Assembly (NCBI GenBank): GCA_900088475.1
Contig: FLMG01004137.1
Span: 62,001 to 126,000 of the forward strand
Origin: Hyphochytrium catenoides
Taxonomy: Eukaryota > Protista > Hyphochytriomycota
DNA length: 64,000 nt
Reading direction: 5' to 3'
Made by a program: the position numbers and the translations under genes. Shown here one piece after another: positions 24,956 through 38,531 of the stretch (its first letter is position 1; each line of letters begins with the position of its first letter). Below the pieces are notes generated by a model that was not told the origin of the DNA, searched no databases, and was given only the letters and a program-made list of their open reading frames with translations.

Positions 24956-25640
24956 TTCATGTACATACCCGTCTTCCGGCTAGGCCCAGTAACGAAGGGA
25001 TTATTTATAACTAGATCATATACTTCTGCTGTCTTCAGTACTACCCATGTCCACCACTCCTCAGTGCGGCGATATAACTGCGCTCATTCGCCGCCAAGCT
25101 CTTAGAACTTCTGTCTCTACAGTTCCTCTCTTAAGTAACGAGCTGAAATCCAGATGTTCCCCCGGTTTGGCTGGATACCCAGTCGGCCCATCCTCCACCA
25201 TCTCTGCTCTTCGTTTATCTCCTGGCGTCTCGTCAATCCTGCAGTGCCATCCTCCTATAGCAACTCGTAGAAAGTGGAGTCTATGCAGGTGGTTGCTCGG
25301 GTCCTGGCTCCATCCATCTCCTCTGTGCCTTCATCACCTCTTTATGACCTTTCGCCCGCCCATCATCGAAAACAGGAAGTCATCGCTTCACTGATCAATC
25401 ACAAGTGCCCGTTAGCGGTACCTATGCGAAGATTCTCCTAAGCTTTGACTATGTACCTTGGCTCTTTTATGGGTCTATTGATGTTCGTGCCTTGCCTCCG
25501 ATGACTGAGAGGGAGCAGCATGCAGAGCCTTCATTAGCTGACTAGCACCGTGCAGAGGAGGCTTTCAACTTGGCTGATGGTTACCGCACTCGTCCATTCC
25601 AGCTACTGAAGGTCACAACCTCTAGCTGGGCTCTCGTGAC

Positions 25641-25695
25641 NNNNNNNNNNNNNNNNNNNNNNNNNNNNNNNNNNNNNNNNNNNNNNNNNNNNNNN
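25641..25695. other. Assembly gap (55 N)
   Basis: Run of N in the sequence. Confidence 1.
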
Positions 25696-26740
25696 AGTTG
25701 CCTAGCAACAAAACTAAGGGACCGACAAAATCTCCAAAAAGCAAAAAAGGGCCATCCCCAAGACAGGAGGCTTCTACAACGAGAAAGCCTTCTTCCCCTG
25801 TGAAGGAGGCACATACTGGGCCCTTTACCGCAAACCTAGAGAAGATAGTCGACGAAGGTCCTGGCCTATCACATCATGCTAACAAGCGAATTGATGCAGA
25901 TCAAAGGAAAGATACAATTGTGCTTAGGTCAGTACGCGCCATCCCGTCTGTCGACCTCTTGACCTCTTCATTCTTCTTGGCTGCTTCTTAGCTCCCTCTG
26001 TGTGTGCTATGCAATTTATTTCCTTCATTAGCCTCATGGTATGACTGACCAAGCGGATTCTATTTTTCAGAGACGCTCTCAACTCTCTGAGTGACCTTCA
26101 GGCAGAGCGGTTTGAGAAGTTCAGACGCTCTCATTTTGATCGGAACGTCGTTCACCAGGTAATGACCCGCTATCTACTCGAGTGGATGGAGCTAGTGACT
26201 CTTCCTCATCCCTGCGGTCTATGCTACGAACAGCGGTCGGGTCATTGTGTTTGACTTAGTCTTTCCCAGGCATGACTACCACTACAGAGGTTCCTTTAAT
26301 GTTGCTTTCTAGCTCTTGTGCTGGGTCCTTTACGCCGTCCTTCACTTCTGTTCCTGCGCAGCAGTGGAACCCAAATATTCTTCACCTCAAGCTAATCGAA
26401 CTGCTAAGCTGATGACAGATGTAGTCAAGTCGTCCAAAGTAGACAAGGAAAAAACAAATATCACCATTCCGATGGCGGTCTTTATGTCCTCATGCGCCAA
26501 AGTGTTCGTAGGCGAGGTCGTGGAGGAAGGTTAGCTCTTTGGCCACCGTGAACTCACCCCCAAATCAAATCGCTGACCTCTTTCCCTTGCCTTCACTTGT
26601 TCCCCCTAGCGAGACGGTTGATGGAGCACCTTGAGGAGGGGGGTCCCATCCAACCCCGCCACCTCAGAGAGGCGGTTCGCAGACTTCGCAAAGAGGGCAG
26701 GGCCGAGGGTGGCCATAAAAGACGAAAAGTTTTACGTTGA
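25696..26740 (+). CDS. TAF11: TFIID subunit 11 (TAFII28 histone fold); N-terminus unresolved because of the gap
   Basis: Spliced LSDLQAERFEKFRRSHFDRNVVHQLMTDV...MAVFMSSCAKVFVGEVVEEARRLM...GPIQPRHLREAVRRL, ending TGA at 26740. Confidence 0.88.
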
Positions 26741-27045
26741 AGATTAGGCTTTGTGACGGAACTCATTACACTAATATCGCTTGTGGCATTGGGACGAGCC
26801 GCACAGCAAGGTTCAAATTCAGGACAGTCCCTATAGCTTGGGAACATCAAACAAGCGGCTGCCATGAAGGGTACAAGCTGTTGTGCTAGGAGGCAGCAGA
26901 ATGGTGGAGCAGGAAAGACCGCGCGAGGAAGAGAAAAGAGAGAAACCGCCCAGAAGCACGTGAAGGCCCATATTAAGCCTGTGGACTATGTAACATTACC
27001 CTATGTATATTATAACTAACAGCTATAGCACAAAAAACGCTTATA

Positions 27046-30000
27046 CTAAGGTAGATCCTCAATGTCCTTCATAATTCCTGACAGCTCCTTGACCTCCATG
27101 CCGGCAGCTGCGCGAGCAAAAAGTACTGGGCAGTCCAAGGAGATACACTCCGAGTCTAGCCGACCATGTCCTGAACAACGACCGCAGAACTAGAAGGATC
27201 GCGACGAGAAGGCATTAGAAACAGGGATAGATGTTTGGGAGGTCAACAGTATCGTGGGACACAAAGGGAAAAAGCGGTAGTTCTGGAATTGCTGGTGGGA
27301 AAAAGATCGGCAAGGATCATTGACAAACCTGCTGCAGATCCCGCAACTTGTGGTCCATTGTTAGTACTTTCTGATACATCTTCAGGACCTGCAAAAAGGT
27401 CCAAAGTAAGAAGAGAGGTGCTACCGAACGAAAGAAGCGAGCTGTAGGCACCAGGTTTTGAGGGTCTCCAAAGCACTTCGTGCAGAAAGTCTTGTTGGTT
27501 AGTGTCCCGCAAAGTGGGCAGTGCATACTGAGGTAGTACTGGTCGATGGTAGAAGATGCACCTCTCGAGGAGCTATTCCGCTTATCTAAAACAATAGGCA
27601 CAGATTGGGGTCACCGCAACGTAGAGCTCTTTCAACCCAAAATGTAAACTGTTAAGAGAACTATGCATACAACTCCAATCTTCGACGCTTATAAATAGCA
27701 CGGCCAGATTAGAAGAGTATTGTGACATTCTTAGAGGAAGTGAAGGTGACTGTTATCTAGCCAACCTGCAGCATCTCGCTCCAGCCTTCGTCTGACAGGC
27801 ACGAAGGGCCGCTTCATGTCTAGATACCAGGATCTCACGTCCACTCCCATTAGGTTAAAAATGCGCTCTAGACTAGGGAGTATCTGTGCATAGGTTCAAT
27901 CATGAAGGGGTACAAGGTGTCAAAGAGTTAGGAAAAATATCACTCAGGTAGGTAGTACTATGATCAAGCAGGTGTTACCACAGATCCCTCTTCCCCCCAG
28001 TGTAGCTGCCACCATCGTACCTGCTTGTTGATATAGTACTGTGCATTGATTCGGAGCCTATCGCTATTTTCAACGTATTCCAAGGGTGACACCACGAGAT
28101 CTACCAGTCTGGCTCCGGGTTCTCCGTACACAACGACGTAAGGGACCCTAAGGTACTTTCGTATCAGTAACCACAACACAAAACTGGCAAGCAGCAGCCA
28201 ACCCATTAACCTTGTCGATGCCGTAGTGCAGTACCATTAAGTAAAAGAAAACTAGTAACAGGCATGCCAGGTTAAAGCAGATTCATAAGACTGTCATCCA
28301 GGGCTGGTCACGCACCTTTCTGCGTACTTGGGCTCGGCACGAGGGTCCTTGGCCATTTGGCGTGTAGCGACCACCACCGCGGGAGGCGGCATTCCATTTT
28401 CACTATAGGTACCAAGACGCACCTAAGATGCAAGTAGGGAAGTAAGCATTGAGCCACTAACAAGGTCATATATACAGGTTGTGAAACTCTCTTGTGAAAC
28501 TGTTTAGAGATCAGTAAGAGGTTAACACGCGAGATAGAGGCAGCGAGCAACATGAGATTAGGTCAACGATCAACTATGGCAGACAGCATATTTCTGCAGG
28601 CCACGTCACTACCTCTTTCGCGAAAATGAAGTCCTTAACGTTAAGATCTCCCCTGATTATCCGAGAGAACCTTTCTGTCAGAAATCTCTTGACTTTGCTA
28701 AGATCTCTGGTTTTAAACATCTCACGGAGACATCTCTCCATGGTGCTTGCTACAATTGGGCAGGAGTCCCTTCTGACGGTTTCTATTCCTTTAGCGTCAA
28801 AGCTTCCTCCTTCCTGACGCTCGCTCTCAAACATCCAGCCCACGTAACGCTTCTTTGTAAGCATGACAGATCCCATATAGACCTGAAAGGAAAGAAGAGA
28901 GAACCATTAAAGGTTGAAGTGGTCGATGTGGAACTCTTTCATATGCGCAGAAGCGGGACTACTTCGGCCTGTGAGAGCGCACGTCAAAAAAGGTAGAAGT
29001 TTGTTTCATGGTAAGTTAGGTCGAGATAATAGTGTGATATTTCCTGGGTTTGACGGAAGGAGAAGGAAGTTATAGAAGCAGCACCTTCTCCATCTTCAAC
29101 TTCATCGGGAATGGATTCGCTGCGGTGATTGTGTCAGCGATCTCCTGTCCGACTCTGAACGCCTCTCCCATACTGCGACCAGGTAATAGAACGAAAAGGC
29201 TGTCTGTATCTCCATACACTACTCGTGCGCGCCACTCCGAGGACGATTGGACAACACGAATTGCATGCTCGAGGGTCGAGCGACCTACGGGGAGTTAACA
29301 ATATGGAGAAATCAATACCCTTTGCGTGAAGTTAAAGAGCAGCTCACGCGGAAGCGACCGCTTAGTATGCTTGATAGTCTGGAGCCTCCAACAAGGCGAA
29401 AGTTATGAGCTTGGGAGAAGCAAGATTTAAAGTGCCGAGGAGCAAAAGTAGGCAAGAAGAACCGGCGACGCCACAACAAATGGTAACTAAAGTCTAATCG
29501 AGGTACGAGCGAGAACCTGTCTGGACTATAGCATCTGCAATCTCAGCGCAAGGCATACGTCCAGAAAAGCCGGCCGCAGTGTACCCATAGGTTACATTCG
29601 CAATCATTTTCAAAGCAAACTACAGGTGAGTGTGGTTAGAACTGTGTGATAGAGTGAATTCCTGGCAAGAACAACTCCAAAGCAATCATAAGGAGAACCT
29701 GTCGGGCATTAAGCGTCCGTTTTAGAGCCCTATCTTGGGTAACATCGTCGTCTTTCATTGCCTTCTTGATCATCACCCTAGCCAGAATGATATAGTCGTT
29801 AGATTATTGACCCCTATGCTTTAGGCTGTCATGGCCTCCATAGTGTATATAGTCATTAGCGCTACAAGACTGTACTGGTTTCTTTGAGGTTGCATACCTT
29901 GTGTCCAGTATCTCCTTTAGCATCCTCGGTAGCACTCCCTCCCGGCTCCGCTTCGAACAGAAGATTGTGCCGTTCGGTGATATAAAGGCATCTTTGTACT

Positions 30001-33000
30001 CTCTTATCATGGATTCAGCCTCCGTTTGGTAGTTGATTACGCCAAGTTTAGGGTGCAGTTCTGAACACGTTAGTTAAGTGAGAACAGTTCTATATGTCGC
30101 CTAAGATCAAAAGAAAGGGCACATCAGCCCTACAATGAAGCAAAGTAAGAGCACTTCTACTAACGGAGGCAAAGGAGAGTCATCGAAGAGAGACCCCTGC
30201 TCTCATCTCCAGGACGGCCGTCAAGTGAGCAAGAGGCGAAGAAGAATTTGCTTACCGCCGTTTTTGTTCAGATCTAGCTTGCCCAAACATGTAGAGTAGC
30301 ACATGTTGTAAGCAATTACGATGGACGGATAAAGGGATTGAAAGTCCAGGACGACGACAGGGTCGGAGTAGAAACGGCTCTGAGGTTCGCATACAAGAGG
30401 GATGACCTCCATAGCAGCTTGGCCTGCCACCTGGGGGTGGGAAAGTCAAAAGTGGAAGGGCAGTGACGAAGCAAGAGAAGCAATGAAAGTGCGCTGGGTC
30501 AATGGATGATGGTATTTCAAAGGGATAATCAGCTGACATGTTGCAAGAAAAGGCCTCGAAAAGGAAGAAGGGTACCTGATCTCTCGAAGGAGAAACAAGA
30601 ATATAGTTCAAGGGTTTGGTAACCCGTAGCATTGTTGCCTCTACTCTGAACTGGGATCCTCTTGTGAGAACGGAAAAGAAATCTATGCCATAGAGCCTCG
30701 CCGATTCGCTGGACCAATACACATATGGAGTTGCGTGGCACGCGATAGATGAGACCAAGAAGGGAACCTGCTTGGTGACTATTCGAAAGAACGGGCCAAG
30801 ATGAAGAATAGGGCTTTATCGGAACACATCAGAGTAAACATTTAAAAGCGAGGGTGGAAGGGCTCCCAAACCCAAAGGTTATCGAGCTCTAATACTTACC
30901 TCGACCTTCCAATTACGTCTAACTGGTCCAACATCTCAACGTTCAGTCTGGATCTATCAAGAAAGTACTGAAGGGTTCTCCAGCTGACAGACCCTCCTGC
31001 CCTAAACCAGCGGCGCAGAACTGGCCATGAATAGCGAGGAGCTTGTCTCCTGAGAATATGCAAGCAAAGGTTCTCAAATGTATAGATGTTTAATTTGACC
31101 TCGCTGCGGAGAATACGCCACAGGTTCAGGGAAATGCGACCCGTAATCCAGATACCTATGCGTAAGAAAGAAGATTCGGAGGGAATGAGCAAACAGTGGA
31201 ATCTGATCTGACAGTGACCTCGTGCAGAGAGCCAACAGAACCTCGCCACATAACTCAAAAGCCGCCTTTGTGACTGTCCATGTCCCCTCCTTCCTTTACC
31301 TGATCCTTGGGTAAGACCCCAGTCGTCGGCGTTATGACGAGCATCAGGGCGCTCCCGCGGTGTTCTTGATATGCTCTGAAGGACGTTTACCTGTACTTCT
31401 GACGTCGTCAACATCAACGTTCTGTTGACCACCTTAACCTATCTACTTACCTGCAGTTTTTCAGCGCGGTCAAGAATGTATCCTAATGACGAGCCTTGGA
31501 GCTCGAACCCCAAAAGAAAGTCTGGGTCCCAGGACTGCACCAACGAGACAAAAGACTGCAGAAGTTCTTCCTCTGTTTGGACTTCCTGAAGCTGCACATC
31601 TCCTCGTAGTCCGTCTCTCCGCACTCCCCCATTGGAAATGGAAGTAGAGCTCCCCTTAGCTGCAACGGCCGTTAGTTGCCGTATTATGGGGACACAGTTA
31701 AGAATGTACACCCGCAAGGGACCGTACCATCATTCTCTTCAACATCAGATGACGCAACAGGTGGTTGAGGAGCCCTGTAAACAGTCTTTGGTGCTTTAAA
31801 GGGCCCAATGCCTTGATTAAAGCTTTGCGGATCAGCAGAGGGTGGTTGTTGCTTTTTTCGATTGTCCATATGGTGATGAGAGACGAGGATGCCTTGATGC
31901 ATGGTCAGTCGCTCGCCACCCTCCTCGACAGCAATTGTGTAGCACACGGCCGAAATAGGGTCGAACCTAACTGGTAGTGTTAGTGGTGAGCGAAGCTTCT
32001 CCGTCAATTTAAGCGCATGCACCGTCCTCCTTTAGCCCAAGGCGGAAGCGAATAGCTCGGTTCGGTCACACTCTCTCACTGCTGTTCACTTTTTTTAGAG
32101 TACCTTACAAAGATAACTCTTGCTAGTCCACACGCTTTCGGTGAATTATATTCAAGTTTTATCTCCACTTCATCGAAAGCTTTTCGGGTAATCTGTCACG
32201 ACTCCGGAGTACTTGCCTGGGATCTGGGAGTAAGTCTTCCCTCGTATCGCAGTGAATCTCGATTGATAGAATCGTCACATTCTCTCTACGTAAAGGATCT
32301 GATGATGACGATGTGGGTGTCTTCGCCTTGGCAAACCTGAAACTGGCGATTGGTGTCTCCTTCTCATCCGTGCCTTGGGTTTCGTTGGCAACTGGCAGTG
32401 GTGTTGACGGGACGCTTACCTCAGTCCCCAGTATTCCTCTAGAACGGCTGGAATGCGCCTGCAGCGAATACTTAATGGGTGCTTTATTCTCTGAAGGCCA
32501 GGCAGCAAGCTCAGTCATACCCTCAAACAACCTTCTGAAGCTCACCTGTAAAACGGTGACTGGGATCATCTGCCCAGTGTTGCTGTCCATGGCCATTTCC
32601 TGTTGTAGGCCTCCGTCATTCTTGTGAGCGCTGTGCCCAATAAGGCCCTGCGCCTTGACTTTGTATGACTTCATTTTCTCTCGGTCGATCCAAAGGCGAA
32701 CCTAGGGAACAACAAGCTAAGCCATAGCCTCACCACTACGAAGTCTACTTTTGTCATTGTCTCCTCTTCTTCTCTTTCCTGGTACTTGCCTGGCTAAGCC
32801 GAGGTGGGAGCAGATTCGGGCTCCAAATGCGTCCAAACTGATCCCTTTCTAGGCTAGAAATTGGTCTGGTAAGGGGGATATTGGACCCCTTTCCAATTCG
32901 GGACCTTGATATAGCCGAAGGAAGAAGAGAAAGCGTGGTCACCAAAGCATTGAACAACGTCTTCACTTCCTCCTTCTCTGCGGCCGCTTCGAACGTTGCA

Positions 33001-36000
33001 ATACTCTCGACTGTATCAAACTCAGAAAGCTCCTCCAGCGCCTCCGACGGAATCTTGAACACGTTGCCCGCATACTCTCTTGGCTTTCCAGTAGCGTCTC
33101 GTGGGTCATTGAAAAAGGGAACCTGATACTGTGAGAAGATGGGTAAATTTGAATATACGCCACCTTTTCCTCCCCCGCCATCCTGGCATAAGCTCTTTTC
33201 ACACCAATTCTCTTTGTCGTCTCTGTTTTATGACGCCGCAGGGGACGAAGCCAACAAGGAATTCGAAGCACCATGCCATCAGCCCCACCAAAGGAAGTTA
33301 CGCTTCCCTTGTCAGACAAGTATTGGATAAGGTGTGATAAGCGGGCATGTACTTGCTGCACGACTTACCTTCACCTCCTGTAGTGGTCCTTCTGAATCTT
33401 CAAACAAGTGGAAAGATAGACTGAGGTCTTTCTTGGTAGGCGGAAGGATGGCGAAATGGCTAATGCAAAGATTGGACCGGTCTAGATCTGTCTTTGCGAC
33501 AGAGGGTTTCCTTTTGATCTCTTGACTTTGTAACGTTATCACGTCTGGTTCATGGCCCTCCACCGTGGTTGCGTCATGGCGAAGCTTCTCTTCAGACACT
33601 TGATCTTCCAAGCTATTGAGATCTGAATGTGAATTCTGCTTTGAGGTCTCCACCAAACTCACCCGAATAGTCTGGTTCACGTTCTTAGGCCCTGTCGACC
33701 CTTCATGACTGGCCAATACGGACTGCACACCTTGATAGGACGAGAAACTCTTGATCTCCGTTGGGTCCCGAACACCCTGGGTTAAAGATGGACTCCTGCC
33801 GTATTTGCTGTCTTTTTTCAGGTCTTTACTTGTTGCTAGATTTCGACCTTCTTCCGCCCGATCTCTATTTTCAACTCTCAATCCGTCAACTAACTTCAGT
33901 TTTTTTGGTGTAAGCTTGGGTAACAACGGAGAATGGAGGCTCTGGAATAGACTCCTTTTTGCCGTGCGGGGCCGTTCAGAGGTAGGACGTGGAGGATGAG
34001 GGGTTGGAGAAGGTGTCTGAAGAGAGGAAGTTGAAGCAGCAGGGTTACAAGGGAAGGAAGGAGAGGTCAACGTATCCCCATCGCTGTGGTGTAAGACCTC
34101 AGTAAATGAAGAATTCGGCGAGGACATATGTTCTGTCAGAGAAGTATTCCCATCTGCATCTTCCTCGACCTCTATTGGGTCTTCTTCTAACTCGGTTAGC
34201 GTTGGAGTCCTTTGCGCAAGCTGGATTCGGAAGGCGGACATCCTCCTTCTGGGAGTGGAGTACAGGCTTTCCGGTGTCCTTCCGCTGCGCAATTGGCTGC
34301 TTGTTCCTTCCACTTTCTCAGGAGTGCTTTCTATTGGCTGCAGGCCAAGCTGCGACAAGACAAGTTTACGCTTTGTCTTCCTTAGCTGGTCTTTTCTGGC
34401 AGGCGGCCTAGGTGCAGCGGATGAAGTGCTAGAGAGATCACTCATTACGTCAGCCTGTCCATCAGATAGAGTAGAGGAGGAACTCATTGACTCTACTGCA
34501 CTCCACCAATTCCTGTCTTCTTCTCCCTCTTGAACTCGCGGCTCCCATGCATTCAGTCGAGGAGTAGATGCCTTCAATCGTGGAGTACATGGGGATGTCG
34601 TGTCAGCAAGCTTCTTATCATCGACTTCACTGCCATGCGTCGACGAAGCCTCACGCCCCTCCTCAGCCATCTTTGCCTCTTCCTCCGCCTGAGACTCAAA
34701 ATGTTGCTGGGACTCCATGATATCGATGACCTCCTTTGTCCTGAATATATTTCAGTGGCGGCCGGAAGGTATTAGGTCACACTACCGGAACGAATCAGTC
34801 GTTTATATGGTCCTTGGAGTCTCTCTTACATCTCAGCAGATGGATCTCCATCCCCCTGATCGCTAGTATCGCTGATGGAGCTACGGCCAGTCTGCGGTTG
34901 ACCCGGGAAGTCATTTTCTTGAGCTGGAGCGCTGAAAATATCCTTTACGTCCTCCACCTACGCGCCGCGATTTAGTCAACTAGTTATTCCTCTAACTTCA
35001 CATCTTACTCTTCCTTTGCCTCGTTCCTCCTCCCCTTACTACACCTATCGCTACCTCGAACCCAGAGATACCTTATCGCTCTGCGAGAGCTTTTGTAGCT
35101 CAAAAGCAACTTGACTTTCTTGGGTATCTCTGGCTGCGGTTGTGCCGGTAGATTGTAAAGCAAGATCTGAAGGCTGAGAGGCATTGTCTCCTTCACCGTT
35201 TTGGAATCCCGCCTTATCCCCGCCAAGCCAGTCGATAATGCTGAGAGCCTCCTCATCCGCCTCAAGGTGCTGCATAGCCCACAAGATGAGCGCTAAAGAA
35301 GCGGGCTGTGATATTAAAGCAAACTAATGGCGTACCTCACTTTCTTGCCTCTGTGTTAGCTGCGAGAAGTCATTATGATACGCACATATTTGAGATGGCA
35401 TTATTTCTACGTCCATTCTGGGAGTCAACTTTCCCGCGACAGGGTCCAATGCACTCGAGGGCCGCTTAAACAGGTCAAGGAAGGCACGTAAGGAACGGAA
35501 ACATATGCTATCAATCCGGAGCCAAGGGTACTCCCAGTACAACTTTTATACCTCTCTGTCATTCTTGGCACTCAATGACAGGTCGTACTTCCTTGCTAGA
35601 TTTCCCACGTATTGATGGAGCCTTGCTTTTAGGTCCTTTTCAATCTGCGAATTGCTCAGCCAGTCCAGTCGTCCACTGGACTCTGATTCGTGTCCCTCAC
35701 CCTCTGCTACATTTCTACTTTGTTCCTCTGCTGATCCTTCTGTATTAGCTGATCCCAGAATGACCGAGCTGGGAGTCGACAGAGAGGGCAACTGGGTCGG
35801 TAACTGGACTTCCTTTCCTTTCCTGCTTTGCCGACGAAATTCCTCCTGCGCAAAAGTTGGTAGACAAATATATTGAGGAAGGAAAAACTTGATTTGACCA
35901 GCTCTTAAGCCCCAACACCTACCTCCCATATCTCTGCCAGACTTTGCACTGATCGAAAACCATTCCAGGCCATCGTGGAGTTCTCTGTCCCAGTTCTGTT

Positions 36001-37910
36001 TCCCTTCATTGCGGTTCTCCACAGTCTCTCTCTACTTTTCGGATTGAGAACGTTCGCAGTTATCGTATCCAGCTCCAAACTGCAGCACGACTGACGGCTG
36101 TACCATGCCGTAGCGGGCACCGCTTGCAAAGCGACCTCAGGACTGCAATATCTTCCTGAGAAGCGAGGGACAGCTAGGGAAGAGCTTTGGGCAGGAAAGA
36201 GTGCATCGGGACCAAACTGGCTCTCTTGACCCTGAACATGCCCAAGAGCACTAATGTCTTGACTCTCACTTTGCCTTGATCTGACCTCTTGTGTCCAGAG
36301 CACATCTGCAGTCACTCCTTCAAGCACGCGGTCGGCTTCTTCCTACAAGGAAAGGTCAATATCTTTGACAATGAGGCTGCGGAGAGGATAACAGTACAAT
36401 CTGCAAACGGGAGGTAGATTTTGACTGAAAATAAAGCGGTGGCACCAGACCTGAACCCGCTTCTTTCTTAGTTCCTCTTCTACTTCTCTATCTCGAACTT
36501 TTCTCGTCTCGTCCCAATAGAACCCGCCACTGATAAGATTGACTAAATGACATTCGAGGGACATCAGCATTTAAAAGTACATTTGATATGAGCGAGAATG
36601 CTCACGTGGAGTGTTTTCTGCGACCCAAACCTTCTCTAGCCTAGACTTGTTTGGAGTTCTTGTCTCTTTGCAGGCCACATAGGCTTGCTCATCAGGCAGA
36701 GGCGGCCTAAACTATAATCAAGCCGCTAAGGATGCAAGGGAGCGACTAACGACAGTCATCTTGCAGAACAGCGTGGAAACGAACCTTGAAATGCTTAAGA
36801 AAGATGTGGCCCATTCCCGCTAAGTTATAATCCACTAAGATCTATGAGACGCCTTAGTAAGATTCATCGTCGCGGTATTTCGTGGTGTGAAGAGAGCAGC
36901 CAGGAGATAAGTAGAGAGAAAGCTTCAGGGCCGCTCATGAAGTGACGAAATAAGCACCACCATATAATGTCGATGAAGAAGGGGGAGGGGCACCTGTAAC
37001 AGATATGGGACGTGCGCTTCAAAGGGCTGAAAACGTTTTCCTAGTACGCATCCCTTCTGAAGCAAGGTAGATACCGGCTTGACATAGGCGGGGTTGTACA
37101 GGCTGATCTTAAGAAATAGAACCTCGTCTGGATGGTATCCATAGAAAGGAACTCCTTTGACTATCGCGATCTGACATCACTCAAAGTAAGTTTGTAGCAG
37201 GATCACGTGAGGCTTCCCTTCGTGAGCTGTCCCTTCTAGCTCTAAACTGCCTTTATATCTAGGTTATATCTTTTGGAGCGAGTTCCATTCCTTACCGACG
37301 CTACGTGCTTCTCGCGTCGCCGTCTTTGATTACTGTCATTTCGTCCTTCGGGTGCCAGCGTCGCCGCCATCTCTTCCTGAGGGCCGTCCTCGCCGTCATT
37401 CGACGAATCCGCCTTCTTCCCTTCCTCACCAGATGTAGGCTGACCAAATATGACGGCAGCATCAATTGCAGCAGCAAGTTTCGGGATGAGGGCATTCAGT
37501 GTCCCAGGCTGATCAAAGTCTGGGTCATCCTCACTCCGAACAAAGAAGTAAGGTAGAGCCTGAAGGTTTATTAGACCCCAGCAGGAATAAGAGTGGCAAG
37601 ACGAGACTGACCCCATGGAGATGGACACAGGTCTTCTGTCCTGCAGGAGTGGAGCCGAAAATTCGTACGACTGGATACTTCGCCGTGTCAAAGTGTGGAC
37701 CAAGACTGCTTCCTAGTGGGTTAGGCGGCATCATATAATAGTCCTTTGGAAGGGAGATGAGCTCTCTGAGTATTCTGAGTTATTAAGATCTAAGGGTAGC
37801 ATGCCACTGACCAGGTTGACGATGCGCACTGCTATGAGTGCCTCCTCCGCCGGAGAGAAGTCCTCCGGCGACAAGGCCTTGGGGGTTGAATTGAAAGGAT
37901 CAGACTCCAT
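27046..37910 (-). CDS. REV3: DNA polymerase zeta catalytic subunit; many exons
   Basis: [138 protein letters not shown], plus C-terminal CysA (CPLC..CTKC) and CysB (CGRC..CISLDC). Confidence 0.97.
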
Positions 37911-38531
37911 CCCAGAGACACCTATGACTGCGCTACATTGTCAGTTAAATGGAAGACTGGTGAAGTTCCTCCACTGCCTGGCTTGTCGGATTCTGCTTAC
38001 AGGGCCATAAAGAAGCTGCCCGGCGGTGCCTGCTGTCGGTGCATAGCAGTACCAGACAACAGATATTCTTGGCCCAGTCTTCCCCAAAGCGCAGCAAACC
38101 TATGAGGAGATACTACTAGAACTTATACTGCAGCCCTCATGATTCGCATATTCGCATACCAAAGGACATAGAGATCAAGTATTCAAGAGATGAAGCATTG
38201 ATAACTAGATGGCGAAGGCGGGAAGGGAGTTATGCAGGCTTCCCGGCAATTTTTATAAGAATCATTCCTTAGTTCTCTCCCACTGATAACTGTCTTGACC
38301 AGAACCCCCTCGCTCGTTTCTGATGAAGGGATCATTTGTGAGACTGAGTGCCGCTTGAATCCTAGGTGATGACGGCTGACAGTGAGTTTGATGATCATGT
38401 CATTGCATTTCTCCTGAATCCTAGTCATTGTCTATTGCATAGAGGGACTAACCGAGGTTCAAACCCAGAGTCTTGGTCTTAGAAGCTGATGTTATTGACC
38501 CTTGCCCTGCACTTTCGCTCTCTTTCTAGCC

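Noticed and set aside
33312-36000. Large insert in REV3 as a possible intein or mobile element
   Set aside because: It is Ser/Pro/Glu-rich low-complexity sequence at the position of the known REV3 disordered insert, with no intein or endonuclease motifs.
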